64,000 nt of DNA from Bacilli bacterium. Its GTDB lineage: Bacteria; Bacillota_I; Bacilli_A; RFN20; CAG-826. A program made the translations under genes and the position numbers. Where the stretch lies: NCBI GenBank assembly GCA_016298185.1, contig JAEDDA010000001.1, positions 15,974-79,973 on the forward strand. The letters run 5' to 3'. This document shows, piece by piece, positions 47,817-59,141 of the stretch. The notes below the pieces were generated by a model. The model was not told the DNA's origin. It ran no database searches and saw only the letters and a program-made list of their open reading frames with translations. How positions within the stretch are numbered: position 1 is the first letter of the stretch; every line of letters starts with the position of its first letter.

Positions 47817-49040
47817 CTAATCATTTTCATTATGGGAATTAATGGAGTTTGAGATTTTCACTTTAACAATGTTAAATTCGTTAATTTTCTCACTAAAAGA
47901 GAATAGATCTTGAAGAGTTCTTAAAATACCGATCGAGATGATGCTATAGAAGATGATGTATGGGAATGATGAAATACCACTTAGTCTCATGGTTAATAAA
48001 GCTACCAAAGTTAATAGTCCAGCATATAGGTAAGTGCACACTAATTTGATATAGCTATAGTTATATGCTTTACTATGTAAAATTCTGACTTTATTTTGTA
48101 GTTCTTCCCCATTTTCAGCGTTATCTAAATCCTCTTCTAATTCGTTTACTTCTTCCGCTTTTGATTTGAGCATTGGCGAGACAAAAATCCACTCAAAAAC
48201 AGCGATGACAATAGGGACTAAGACAAGCATGATGTTTTTAATGTCATTTAGTAGCACCACTGTGCTTAATCCAATAAGGACAACAAACAAGATAATGAGA
48301 TTCATTGGGGAAGATAAAGCCAAGCGTTTGTAGTTTTCAAATCTCGTTAAATATTCACGATATCCTTGAAGTGGTAAATTCTTTTCTGAAAAGAAGAATT
48401 GATCGAGTTTTTTCATAACATTAAAGCATGATGCTTTGAGCACTAATTCCAGGACAATTGCCACTGATAAAAATATCGCCGGAATATAGATAGGCGTGTC
48501 GTCTTTAACAAAGTAAATTCCAACCGCTGCGCAAGCGGCGACAAGGATTTGAATAAAACCTAATAAAACGCTTGTGGTTGTTTTAAGTGGAGAGACCGCC
48601 TTATTCTTGCACGGTCTTTTCTCAAATGATTCCACCATTAAGCCTGTCCCATCCCAAATATCGCCGAATTTCTTTAACGGCATAGAACCACTTCCACTTT
48701 TTGGATCAAGGTAATATACCTTCTTCCATTTCACCTTGGTAACTACCACTGCGTGTTTAGCCCCATTTTTAAGTTCAATGGTAAGAATTAAAGGGAAAGA
48801 TGAGCAAGTGACTATTTCCTCTTTATTATTAGCCTCAAAAGCCGTGAAATTAATTCCTTGTTCATATCCGAGTTCCACCAAATCATTATAAGAATAGTAA
48901 CCATGATTCTCGTCTTGTGGTAAATATAGATAGTTTTTATCTTTATTGATTGTCGCGAGAACCATCTTCAGACACGCAAATCCGCAGTCATCTTTCAAAA
49001 TTTGTGGGATATAAAACATAAATGTACCTCCTACAAACAC
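47817..49040 (-). CDS. Peptidase C39-like (bacteriocin-processing type) domain fused to a polytopic membrane domain. No ABC ATPase domain.
   Basis: N-terminal DCGFACLKMV (Cys) and HAVVVTKV (His) resemble the C39 catalytic dyad. About 6 TM helices follow. 407 aa. No Walker motifs. Confidence 0.55.
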   Translation of the reverse strand: MFVGGTFMFYIPQILKDDCGFACLKMVLATINKDKNYLYLPQDENHGYYSYNDLVELGYEQGINFTAFEANNKEEIVTCSSFPLILTIELKNGAKHAVVVTKVKWKKVYYLDPKSGSGSMPLKKFGDIWDGTGLMVESFEKRPCKNKAVSPLKTTTSVLLGFIQILVAACAAVGIYFVKDDTPIYIPAIFLSVAIVLELVLKASCFNVMKKLDQFFFSEKNLPLQGYREYLTRFENYKRLALSSPMNLIILFVVLIGLSTVVLLNDIKNIMLVLVPIVIAVFEWIFVSPMLKSKAEEVNELEEDLDNAENGEELQNKVRILHSKAYNYSYIKLVCTYLYAGLLTLVALLTMRLSGISSFPYIIFYSIISIGILRTLQDLFSFSEKINEFNIVKVKISNSINSHNEND

Positions 49041-49083
49041 ATAGGGGGTACACCGTTAATATAGTTGCAAAATATTTTTTCGC

Positions 49084-49111
49084 AAAAAGAAAAGACTCTT
49101 TAAAGAGTCTT
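49084..49111 (-). terminator. Rho-independent terminator after dnaJ, overlapping its stop codon
   Basis: Minus strand TAA-GACTCT / ttaa / AGAGTC followed by TTTTCTTTTT. Confidence 0.6.
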
Positions 49112-50243
49112 ATTTTTTAAACATTTTCTTGAACTTCGCAAATAAGCCATCATCTTTCTTAGCTTCTTTGAACTTCTTCAATACTTCTTTTTGGCCTTTA
49201 CTTAAGGAAGTTGGAACCTTGATATCTAACTTCACATATTGATCTCCAGGTTTGCCGCTTCTTAAGTCTTTAACGCCGCATCCTTTCATTCTAAGGACTT
49301 GACCTGGTTGACTACCCTCTGGAATAGTTAATGTAACATCACCATAGACGGTTGGAACATCAATCTTAGTTCCTAAGCAGGCATCGACAAAGTCGAGTGG
49401 GACTGTTAAGGCGATATCATTGCCTTCACGCTTGAAGTATGAGTGCTCCTTAACAAGGATTTCAATATATAAATCTCCATTAGGACCACCGTTAACGCCT
49501 CTTTCACCATTACCACGGGAAATAATTTGCTGTCCGGATTTAATACCTGCTGGAATATGAATCTTAATAGTTTTTCTTTTGTGGTTGTAACCTTTTCCAC
49601 CACAATCTTTACATTTATTTTTAATAGTTTTACCAGAACCATTACATGAAGGACATACTTCTTGGCTTTGTACAGTTCCGAATAAAGATTGTCTTCTGAC
49701 ACTAACATATCCCGCACCTTTACAGTTAGAACAGGTTGAGATATCACTTGGACTAGCCGCGCCTGTACCACCACAATGTGTGCACATTTCATCGACTTCA
49801 ATAGTCATTTCTTTATCCGCACCATTAATCGAATCCATGAAGTCAATTTTGATACGATTAATGACATCGTTGCCTCTTCTAGGTCCGGTTGGATTTCCCC
49901 TTTGTCTAGCGCCTCCACCGAAGAATTGGCTGAAGATATCTCCTAAATCAGAGAATCCTCCAAATCCACCGCCCCCAAATCCACCTTGGAATGGGTTGGC
50001 ACCTGGATTACCACCAGCTTGTTCAAAGGCAGCATGACCAAACTGGTCATAAGCGCTACGTTTTTGATCATCATAAAGGATATCATAGGCTTCTTGTACT
50101 TCTTTAAATTTTGCTTCGTTACCAGTTTCTTTATTATCTGGGTGATAAGTCTTAGCTAATTTACGGTAAGCACTTTTAATTTCGTCTTTTGTGGCATTCT
50201 TTTTCACACCTAAGACTTCATAAAAATCTCTTTTTTCAGCCAT
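49110..50243 (-). CDS. dnaJ: Molecular chaperone DnaJ
   Basis: J domain (HPD), Gly/Phe-rich region, four CxxCxGxG zinc repeats. Confidence 0.9.
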   Translation of the reverse strand: MAEKRDFYEVLGVKKNATKDEIKSAYRKLAKTYHPDNKETGNEAKFKEVQEAYDILYDDQKRSAYDQFGHAAFEQAGGNPGANPFQGGFGGGGFGGFSDLGDIFSQFFGGGARQRGNPTGPRRGNDVINRIKIDFMDSINGADKEMTIEVDEMCTHCGGTGAASPSDISTCSNCKGAGYVSVRRQSLFGTVQSQEVCPSCNGSGKTIKNKCKDCGGKGYNHKRKTIKIHIPAGIKSGQQIISRGNGERGVNGGPNGDLYIEILVKEHSYFKREGNDIALTVPLDFVDACLGTKIDVPTVYGDVTLTIPEGSQPGQVLRMKGCGVKDLRSGKPGDQYVKLDIKVPTSLSKGQKEVLKKFKEAKKDDGLFAKFKKMFKK

Positions 50244-50268
50244 ATAAAATTCTCCTTTCCTTATATTT

Positions 50269-50296
50269 ACCGAAAGGGCCCGAAGGCCCTAACGGT
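50269..50296 (-). other. GC-rich stem-loop in the dnaK-dnaJ intergenic spacer (no U-tract)
   Basis: ACCGAAAGGGCC / cgaa / GGCCCTAACGGT: 12-bp stem with a 2-nt internal mismatch. Confidence 0.5.
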
Positions 50297-50317
50297 TTAG
50301 TTTTAGATAGAATCTAA

Positions 50318-52735
<2,418 letters not shown>

Positions 52736-52752
<17 letters not shown>

Positions 52753-53761
52753 TTCCTCCTTTGCTTAAATCATCAAAATATTTATTTAACTCTTCTGCGA
52801 TGTACTCTAAGGCAGAGAGGGCTTTGTCATAATCCATTCTTGTTGGACCAAGGAGTGTGATTGATGTTTCATCACCATCACCAATTTTGATTTTTGTGGT
52901 CACCATACTAACATCTGGATTAGTTTCACCAATGTTAATGGCAACTTCTTTATCTTTCTTACCGGCTTCTTTGAAGACTGATTTATCGTTTAATAGCTTG
53001 AAGACTTCTTGAAGTTTTTCGGCATCGGACTTGAACTCAGGCTGATTGAATAATTCTTCTCTACCATATAAGCTCAAGCGGTCACCAGCGAATCTAATGA
53101 ATGTTTCAAGCAAAGCTTGGTAAACAATATCGTGAGAGACAACGTAATCGCTGAGGACGGGTTTTAAGGCTTCCATCTTATTGACGAGTTCGCCAACAGG
53201 TGTGCCTTTTAATCTATCGTTTAAGATCTTCACACAATCCACTACTTCATTAGCTTTAATTGTGTTAGGAACGATGAATGTTTTGTTTTCGACATATCCT
53301 TTATCAGTAACGAACACCGCAGTTAAGGTGTTATCACTAATTTGAATAAGTTGCACATTAGCGAGGCGTTCGATATTTCCGCTATTTCCGGTGACGACAG
53401 ACACTAAGTTAGTCATGTGAGATAAAATCTCGCAACTCTCTTTAATGACTTCTTCAACGGAATGAATTTTTTGTTCAAGAACCATTTGCAATGAGCTCTT
53501 TAAGGATTCATCTACGCTTCTATCACGTAGGTGTTCGCAATAATATCTGTATCCTTTAGAAGAAGGAACACGTCCGGAACTACTATGAGTCTTTTCTATG
53601 AATCCCATCTTCTCAAGGGCGAACATTTCATTTCTGATGGTCGCGGATGAATAGGGAAGATGATATTCTTCGATTAATGTGTGACTTCCGATTGGTTGTG
53701 CATTCTTGATGAAGTATTCAACAATGTATTTTAGAATCAAATCACTTCTTGTTAATCCCAT
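52736..53761 (-). CDS. hrcA: Heat-inducible transcription repressor HrcA
   Basis: N-terminal wHTH (LTRSDLILKYIVEYF). 341 aa. CIRCE elements upstream. Confidence 0.85.
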
Positions 53762-53777
53762 ATCATTTCCTCCTTTT

Positions 53778-53804
53778 TAGCACTCATTTCTTCTAACTGC
53801 TAAC
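53778..53804 (-). promoter_or_regulatory. CIRCE operator 2 (HrcA binding site) between -10 and RBS of hrcA
   Basis: Minus strand TTAGCAGTT-AGAAGAAAT-GAGTGCTAA (consensus TTAGCACTC-N9-GAGTGCTAA: right half 9/9, left 7/9). Confidence 0.75.
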
Positions 53805-53807
53805 TAT

Positions 53808-53835
53808 ATTTTAGCGAAATGATTAGCACTGTCAA
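53808..53835 (-). promoter_or_regulatory. Sigma-A promoter of the hrcA-grpE-dnaK-dnaJ operon
   Basis: Minus strand TTGACA (53835-53830), 16-nt spacer, TAAAAT (53813-53808). The -35 lies inside the spacer of CIRCE 1. Confidence 0.6.
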
Positions 53836-53849
53836 TAATAAACTGCTAA
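53823..53849 (-). promoter_or_regulatory. CIRCE operator 1 overlapping the -35 of the hrcA promoter
   Basis: Minus strand TTAGCAGTT-TATTATTGA-CAGTGCTAA (right half 8/9, left 7/9). Confidence 0.65.
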
Positions 53850-53872
53850 AAAAGTGCAATATTTCATGCACT
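53847..53872 (-). terminator. Rho-independent terminator after RDD-family gene (minus strand)
   Basis: Minus strand AGTGCA / tgaaatat / TGCACT followed by TTTTTT. Confidence 0.6.
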
Positions 53873-53902
53873 CTTTGAAAATTATTAATATAAATAAGGA
53901 TT

Positions 53903-54310
53903 TTAAATGCGCGTGTCGATGGCAAACGAGCTAGTCAAACGGTCAATAACACCGCGTTCTGTACGGTTTTTAATAAAGTAAATAAGGTCCAAAATAACCA
54001 AAATTACAATCGATTCACTAAAGGAACGGATAATGACTTGCCTAACCATTAGGTTCTTTCCATCGCTTGCGACATATCTAATTCCTAATAATGCTGATCC
54101 AATGTTATAACCATGGCTAACTGACATAATTAATGAACCTAGGGCAAATGATAAAGCAAAAGAAAATCCAATTCCGATTAAAACGTAGAAAATAATGTGG
54201 AAATTTAACATAGTTAAAAATGGAACTGCGCTGCCAAATCCAATACCTATATAAATGAGTAAATTAACGATATAAGCCCATACCCTTTTAGATAATCTTG
54301 CTGTTTCCAT
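53903..54310 (-). CDS. RDD-family small membrane protein
   Basis: 135 aa. KRVWAYIVNLLIYIGIGF and LGIRYVASDGKNLMVRQVIIR resemble RDD-domain conserved positions. Confidence 0.55.
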   Translation of the reverse strand: METARLSKRVWAYIVNLLIYIGIGFGSAVPFLTMLNFHIIFYVLIGIGFSFALSFALGSLIMSVSHGYNIGSALLGIRYVASDGKNLMVRQVIIRSFSESIVILVILDLIYFIKNRTERGVIDRLTSSFAIDTRI

Positions 54311-55428
54311 TATTCGCTTAACTCCATAATAATCTGGTCTAAAACCATCATACCATCATATGTTGGAAAAACGCGTTCTTCATCTAAAAGCAACAATCCT
54401 TGATTAACTAACCTACTAATTGTTTCTTTGTGCGCTTCCAAAAAGTTGATTCCGAAACGATAAATATAGTCATTAAACTCAATTCCACGATTTGTTCTTA
54501 AATTGAGCATCAAATAATAGAGTTTGTCATCTTCTCTGGTGACATGTTCTTCTTCATTAATATATTTACCAGCGTTATATTTGCTAATACTTTTAGTATT
54601 TGTGTATCTAGTTTCTTTTAGATAACCCGCTGCTCCCATTCCAAATCCATAATAATGTTCATCTTTCCAGTATGTGAGATTGTGTAAACTCTCTCTTCCT
54701 GGTTTGGCCCAATTAGAAATTTCATAATGAACAAATCCTTTTCCTTTAAGGAATTCTTCAGCGTAGTCATATAAGTCACGAGATAATTCTTCTTTTGGTT
54801 CGCTTACACCCTTAATGAAAAACATTGTATTTGGATGGACTGTTAGGCTGTAACAGGAGATATGATCAATTCCAAGACCGATAAGATTATCTAAATCTTT
54901 CTTGAATTGCTCTTTTTCCACACTAGGAAGCCCGATTATTAAATCAGCGTTAATATTATCAAAACCAATTTTTCGGGCCATAGAAATGGCGGTTTTAACG
55001 TCTTCATAGGTATGTTTTCTACCAATACTCTTTAAGATTTCATCATTCGTGGTTTGAACCCCTAATGAAATTCTATTAACGCCAAAGCGTTTCATCATCT
55101 CTAATTTTTCTTTAGAAAGAGATTCTGGATTAGCTTCAAAAGTATATTCTTTAACGATACCTGTATATGGTTTGATTATTTTTAATAATTCCAAAAACAA
55201 ATCATCATCTAATGCGGTTGGAGTACCTCCACCGACATAAATGGTTTCAATTGTATCTGGCACATTATAATAATCCATCTCCTTTTGTAAGGCAGATAGA
55301 TATTTGCTTGCAAATAAACGAAAATACTGTAACTTTGGAAAGTCACAGTAATCGCATATATGCCGACAAAATGGGATATGTATGTAAATGGCTGTTACTG
55401 GCCTATTTATCTTCCTTTTTATCGGCAT
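54310..55428 (-). CDS. hemW: Radical SAM heme chaperone HemW (HemN-like, YqeR)
   Basis: CRHICDYCDF (CxxxCxxC) radical-SAM motif. 372 aa. Position lepA-hemW-hrcA as in Bacillus. Confidence 0.8.
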   Translation of the reverse strand: MPIKRKINRPVTAIYIHIPFCRHICDYCDFPKLQYFRLFASKYLSALQKEMDYYNVPDTIETIYVGGGTPTALDDDLFLELLKIIKPYTGIVKEYTFEANPESLSKEKLEMMKRFGVNRISLGVQTTNDEILKSIGRKHTYEDVKTAISMARKIGFDNINADLIIGLPSVEKEQFKKDLDNLIGLGIDHISCYSLTVHPNTMFFIKGVSEPKEELSRDLYDYAEEFLKGKGFVHYEISNWAKPGRESLHNLTYWKDEHYYGFGMGAAGYLKETRYTNTKSISKYNAGKYINEEEHVTREDDKLYYLMLNLRTNRGIEFNDYIYRFGINFLEAHKETISRLVNQGLLLLDEERVFPTYDGMMVLDQIIMELSE

Positions 55429-55684
55429 TGTTTTCTATCTCTTCTTCATCGTCGTTTTGACAATAATCGGAAATTTCTTTAGCTAAGTGTTCATCTTCCA
55501 CAGGTTGGAGGATGCGATCTAATTCTTCTTGAGCGTAGTCTTGTTCGGTTTTTTGTTCTTTGCTTTCATCTTTGAATTTTGGTCTTAATAATCTATAGAT
55601 TACATAGGCAACAATAGCGATGAGCGCAAAAGCACCGATGACGATTAATAAAATTACGAAAGGTTGGATATCTGCTAAAATCAT
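55403..55684 (-). CDS. Small single-pass membrane protein with highly acidic C-terminal tail
   Basis: 93 aa. One N-terminal TM helix then DESKEQKTEQDYAQEELD...NDDEEEIENNADKKEDK. Overlaps hemW start by 26 nt. Confidence 0.45.
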   Translation of the reverse strand: MILADIQPFVILLIVIGAFALIAIVAYVIYRLLRPKFKDESKEQKTEQDYAQEELDRILQPVEDEHLAKEISDYCQNDDEEEIENNADKKEDK

Positions 55685-55696
55685 AGTTCATTCCTC

Positions 55697-57208
55697 CTAT
55701 TTTCTTGGGATTGGTGTGTAGATGAATTTCTTGTTGCTGCTATCTTTACGATAGTAACCGAGTTCCACGAGGTGATCCATCGCGGTTCTGGCTGTTTCAT
55801 AAACACAACCTATCATACGCTTATATTGAGCGATTGTATAACTTTTTCCGAGTGTGCAATGTCTAGCGTAGAAGCGCGCTTCGTGTTTTCTAAGTGATGG
55901 GTCAAGTTCTAATAAGTGTTGTTCTAATCTAAGAGCTTGTTTTTCATCGATTGCTGGCGGAATATAAGCCACAGCGATTTGTTCTTGAACCACTGTCTGT
56001 TCGACTGGCTTAACAACTTCAACCTTTGGTTGTTCCACGATTGGTTTTGGTTCTTCAATAACTGGAGCAGGTTGCACAGGTGCTGGTTGAACAGGTGTTG
56101 GTTGCACTGGCGCTACATAAACTGGTGTAGGAGCAGGTGCGGGTTGTGGTTCTTCGATGTTGTCAAATAATGATTGTTGAATACTTTGTCCACTATAGGA
56201 AGTTGGTTTATCTTCTCTATAGAAGTCTTTTTTAAGTGTATTCGCTTTCATTTCCGCAATGTAATTGAATAAGTCATCGCATTTGCTTTCCATTTGTTTT
56301 AAAGCGTAGTTCACAAAATATGTGGTATCACATGTCTTTTGGACTTCGACAAATAAACGGGTAATTTCTTCTTGTTGTTCGACAAGTAAAGATTCAAGTG
56401 GCAATAAAACACCGAGTTCGCTTAAGCCATCGTGAGCAAGAATTGCTTTAGCAATAAGTAATGCGACTTCATCAGAGAATGCTGAGAATGGTCTGATGTA
56501 ATTGATGTAATAATATGCGATAGAGGCTTTTGTAGCAGCGCTTAATGTAGAAGTTGAAATGAAGGTGAATAAGCTTTCCATCATGCCTTCGATTAAATAA
56601 ACAGGTGCGCTTGTATAAATGCGGTCAATAAGAACTCTGTTTTCGCGGTTCGTATCTTCTGTTGTTCTATAGAAAGTTGTTAATTCACTGGTGCCTAATA
56701 AGCGGGAGTAGATTTCCGCTAAGAAGTCGACATCAATTGTATTGACGTGATATTTTTTAACATAGTTAAGAGCGTCAAGATATCTACTTAAGATTCTCAC
56801 ATCCGGTGACGCTTCTCTAATATCACCATGGATTAAAGAACGGATGTAGTTTTCACTGGCTTCGCATTGGTGTTCAGCGGCAACATACTTCAAACTCTTA
56901 ATTAAGCATTCATCTTCGAATCTATTAACTTCACCATTGGTGACACTTAAACGAGATGATTCTTTCATTAAACGGATGAGTTTCATATCCGCAGAGTTAA
57001 CTAAAGCATTAACGGATGGACAGAAACACACCACCAATTGATTCTTTTCAATGCTTTTGATTGATAAATATCTGTTGTATCCAGAACGATAATTAAGGAT
57101 ATTGCTCCAAATGTTATCGAACATGGACATTTTAAGTTCCTTACCGACTTCGGATTTTGTCGCGTATTTTCCTTCGGTAAAACGAATCGCTAATTCATTA
57201 CTTGGCAT
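55697..57208 (-). CDS. Hypothetical 503-aa protein: N-terminal about 330-aa domain, Pro/Val/Gln-rich repeat linker, C-terminal winged-helix-like domain
   Basis: Linker PQPAPAPTPVYVAPVQPTPVQPAPVQPAPVIEEPKPIVEQPKVEVVKPVEQ. C-terminus FYARHCTLGKSYTIAQYKRMIGCVYETARTAMDHLVELGYY looks like a wHTH. No recognised catalytic motif. Confidence 0.5.
   Translation of the reverse strand: MPSNELAIRFTEGKYATKSEVGKELKMSMFDNIWSNILNYRSGYNRYLSIKSIEKNQLVVCFCPSVNALVNSADMKLIRLMKESSRLSVTNGEVNRFEDECLIKSLKYVAAEHQCEASENYIRSLIHGDIREASPDVRILSRYLDALNYVKKYHVNTIDVDFLAEIYSRLLGTSELTTFYRTTEDTNRENRVLIDRIYTSAPVYLIEGMMESLFTFISTSTLSAATKASIAYYYINYIRPFSAFSDEVALLIAKAILAHDGLSELGVLLPLESLLVEQQEEITRLFVEVQKTCDTTYFVNYALKQMESKCDDLFNYIAEMKANTLKKDFYREDKPTSYSGQSIQQSLFDNIEEPQPAPAPTPVYVAPVQPTPVQPAPVQPAPVIEEPKPIVEQPKVEVVKPVEQTVVQEQIAVAYIPPAIDEKQALRLEQHLLELDPSLRKHEARFYARHCTLGKSYTIAQYKRMIGCVYETARTAMDHLVELGYYRKDSSNKKFIYTPIPRK
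56070..56114 (-). repeat. In-frame 15-nt tandem repeat (3 units) encoding the PVQPA/PVQPT repeat
   Basis: ggttgcacaggtgct / ggttgaacaggtgtt / ggttgcactggcgct on the plus strand. Confidence 0.6.
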
Positions 57209-57233
57209 AATACATTACCTCTCTACACACATT

Positions 57234-57258
57234 ATAAAATAAAAGGCACCAAAGGTGC
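57234..57258 (-). terminator. Rho-independent terminator after lepA (minus strand)
   Basis: Minus strand GCACC / ttt / GGTGC followed by CTTTTATTTTAT. Confidence 0.45.
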
Positions 57259-57301
57259 AACAAGAAACTAAAAATGTACTAATTTTTCACCAAAAAACTA
57301 G

Positions 57302-59116
57302 TTAGTTCTCTTCTTCGTCAATCGATAAGATTGACATAAATGCTTCTTGAGGAACTTCGACAGAGCCGATCTTCTTCATGCGCTTTTTGCCTTCTTTTTG
57401 TTTCTCTAAAAGCTTCTTTTTACGAGTAATGTCACCACCATAACACTTTGCTAAAACGTCTTTTCTAACAGCTTTAACATCACATCTAGCAATAACCTTG
57501 CCACCGATCGCAGCTTGGATTGGAATCTCAAATTGATGACGAGGAATAACTTCTTTTATTCTACGAATAATGCCTAATCCTCTATGATATGCTCCAGGTC
57601 TATAAACAATGCTGCTTAAAGCATCTACGACTGTGCCATTTAATAAAACATCAAGTTTGGCTAGGTCGCCTTGCTTGTAATCAGAGAATTCATAGTCAAA
57701 AGAAGCATAGCCTTTTGTATAGCTTTTAAGCTTATCAAAAAAATTGTAAACAATTTCGGAAAGCGGCAATTCATAGGTCAAAATCATTCTCGTATCATCG
57801 AAGTATTCGAGGTTAGTGTATATGCCTCTTCTTTCTTGGCAGAGTTCCATGATTGGACCAACGTATTCTTTAGGTGTCATGATGCTGGCTTTGACATATG
57901 GTTCTTCTATAGAAGAAATCTTACTACCATCAGGCATCTTTGCTGGGTTATCTAAGTTAATTGTGGTTCCATCTGTAAGATTCACATGATAAATAACGCT
58001 AGGTGCAGTTAATATTAGATCGAGGTTATATTCTCTTTCTAATCTCTCTTGGACTATGTCCATATGTAATAAACCTAAGAAACCGCATCTAAAACCAAAG
58101 CCTAAGGCTTGGCTAGTTTCAGCAACATAATGCAAGGAAGCATCATTTAATGATAATTTCTCTAAAGCGTCTTTTAAGGCTTGATAATCCCTGCTATCGA
58201 CTGGATAAAGACCACAATAAACCATAGGGTTAATAACACGATATCCAGGTAGTGCTTCTGCGGTTGGTTTGTCAAAAGAAGTTACTGTATCACCAGGATG
58301 GACATCTTTGATGTCTTTGATTTGTCCGCACAAATAACCAACTTGTCCAGCGGTCAATGTTTTGGTCTTAATTTCACCAGGCGTTCTAATGCCGACTTCA
58401 GTAACGACATAATCTTTACCAGCTTGCATTAATTTAATGTGATCACCAACGGACACTGAACCATCTTTAATTCTAATAAGAATTACAACGCCTCTATATG
58501 GGTCGTAATAACTATCGAAGATAAGTGCTTTTAATGGAGCGTTTTCATCACCTGTAGGTGCTGGTACATTATGCACGATATATTCAAGTAATTCATGAAT
58601 ATGGAACCCAGTCTTTGCGGAAACTTCCACTGCGTTATCGCAAGGAACGCCGATTCTTTGTTCAATTTCTTTCTTCGCCCATTCTGGTTGTGCGCTTGGT
58701 AAATCAACTTTGTTGATAATTGGTAAAATTTCGAGATTATTGTCCACTGCTAAATAGACATTTGCAAGTGTTTGTGCTTCCACGCCTTGTGTGGCGTCCA
58801 CGACTAAAACCGCACCTTCACATGCGGCTAAAGAACGGGACACTTCATAGGTGAAGTCAACATGCCCTGGAGTGTCGATGAGGTTGAAAATATATTCTTC
58901 ACCATCATCCGCTTTGTAACTTAAAGTTACAGCGTTTAATTTTATTGTAATTCCTCTTTCTCTTTCTAAATCCAAAGAATCGAGAATTTGGTCTTTCATT
59001 TCACGGGCTTCAATTGCTCCCGTGGATTCCAAAATACGATCCGCGAGTGTTGACTTGCCATGATCGATATGAGCAATGATTGAGAAGTTTCTAATTTTCT
59101 TCTGTTGGAAATCCAT
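57302..59116 (-). CDS. lepA: Elongation factor 4 (LepA)
   Basis: [18 protein letters not shown]1 motif. 604 aa. LepA-specific C-terminal domain. Confidence 0.9.
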   Translation of the reverse strand: MDFQQKKIRNFSIIAHIDHGKSTLADRILESTGAIEAREMKDQILDSLDLERERGITIKLNAVTLSYKADDGEEYIFNLIDTPGHVDFTYEVSRSLAACEGAVLVVDATQGVEAQTLANVYLAVDNNLEILPIINKVDLPSAQPEWAKKEIEQRIGVPCDNAVEVSAKTGFHIHELLEYIVHNVPAPTGDENAPLKALIFDSYYDPYRGVVILIRIKDGSVSVGDHIKLMQAGKDYVVTEVGIRTPGEIKTKTLTAGQVGYLCGQIKDIKDVHPGDTVTSFDKPTAEALPGYRVINPMVYCGLYPVDSRDYQALKDALEKLSLNDASLHYVAETSQALGFGFRCGFLGLLHMDIVQERLEREYNLDLILTAPSVIYHVNLTDGTTINLDNPAKMPDGSKISSIEEPYVKASIMTPKEYVGPIMELCQERRGIYTNLEYFDDTRMILTYELPLSEIVYNFFDKLKSYTKGYASFDYEFSDYKQGDLAKLDVLLNGTVVDALSSIVYRPGAYHRGLGIIRRIKEVIPRHQFEIPIQAAIGGKVIARCDVKAVRKDVLAKCYGGDITRKKKLLEKQKEGKKRMKKIGSVEVPQEAFMSILSIDEEEN

Positions 59117-59141
59117 AATGGTTAAATTATATCAATAATTT

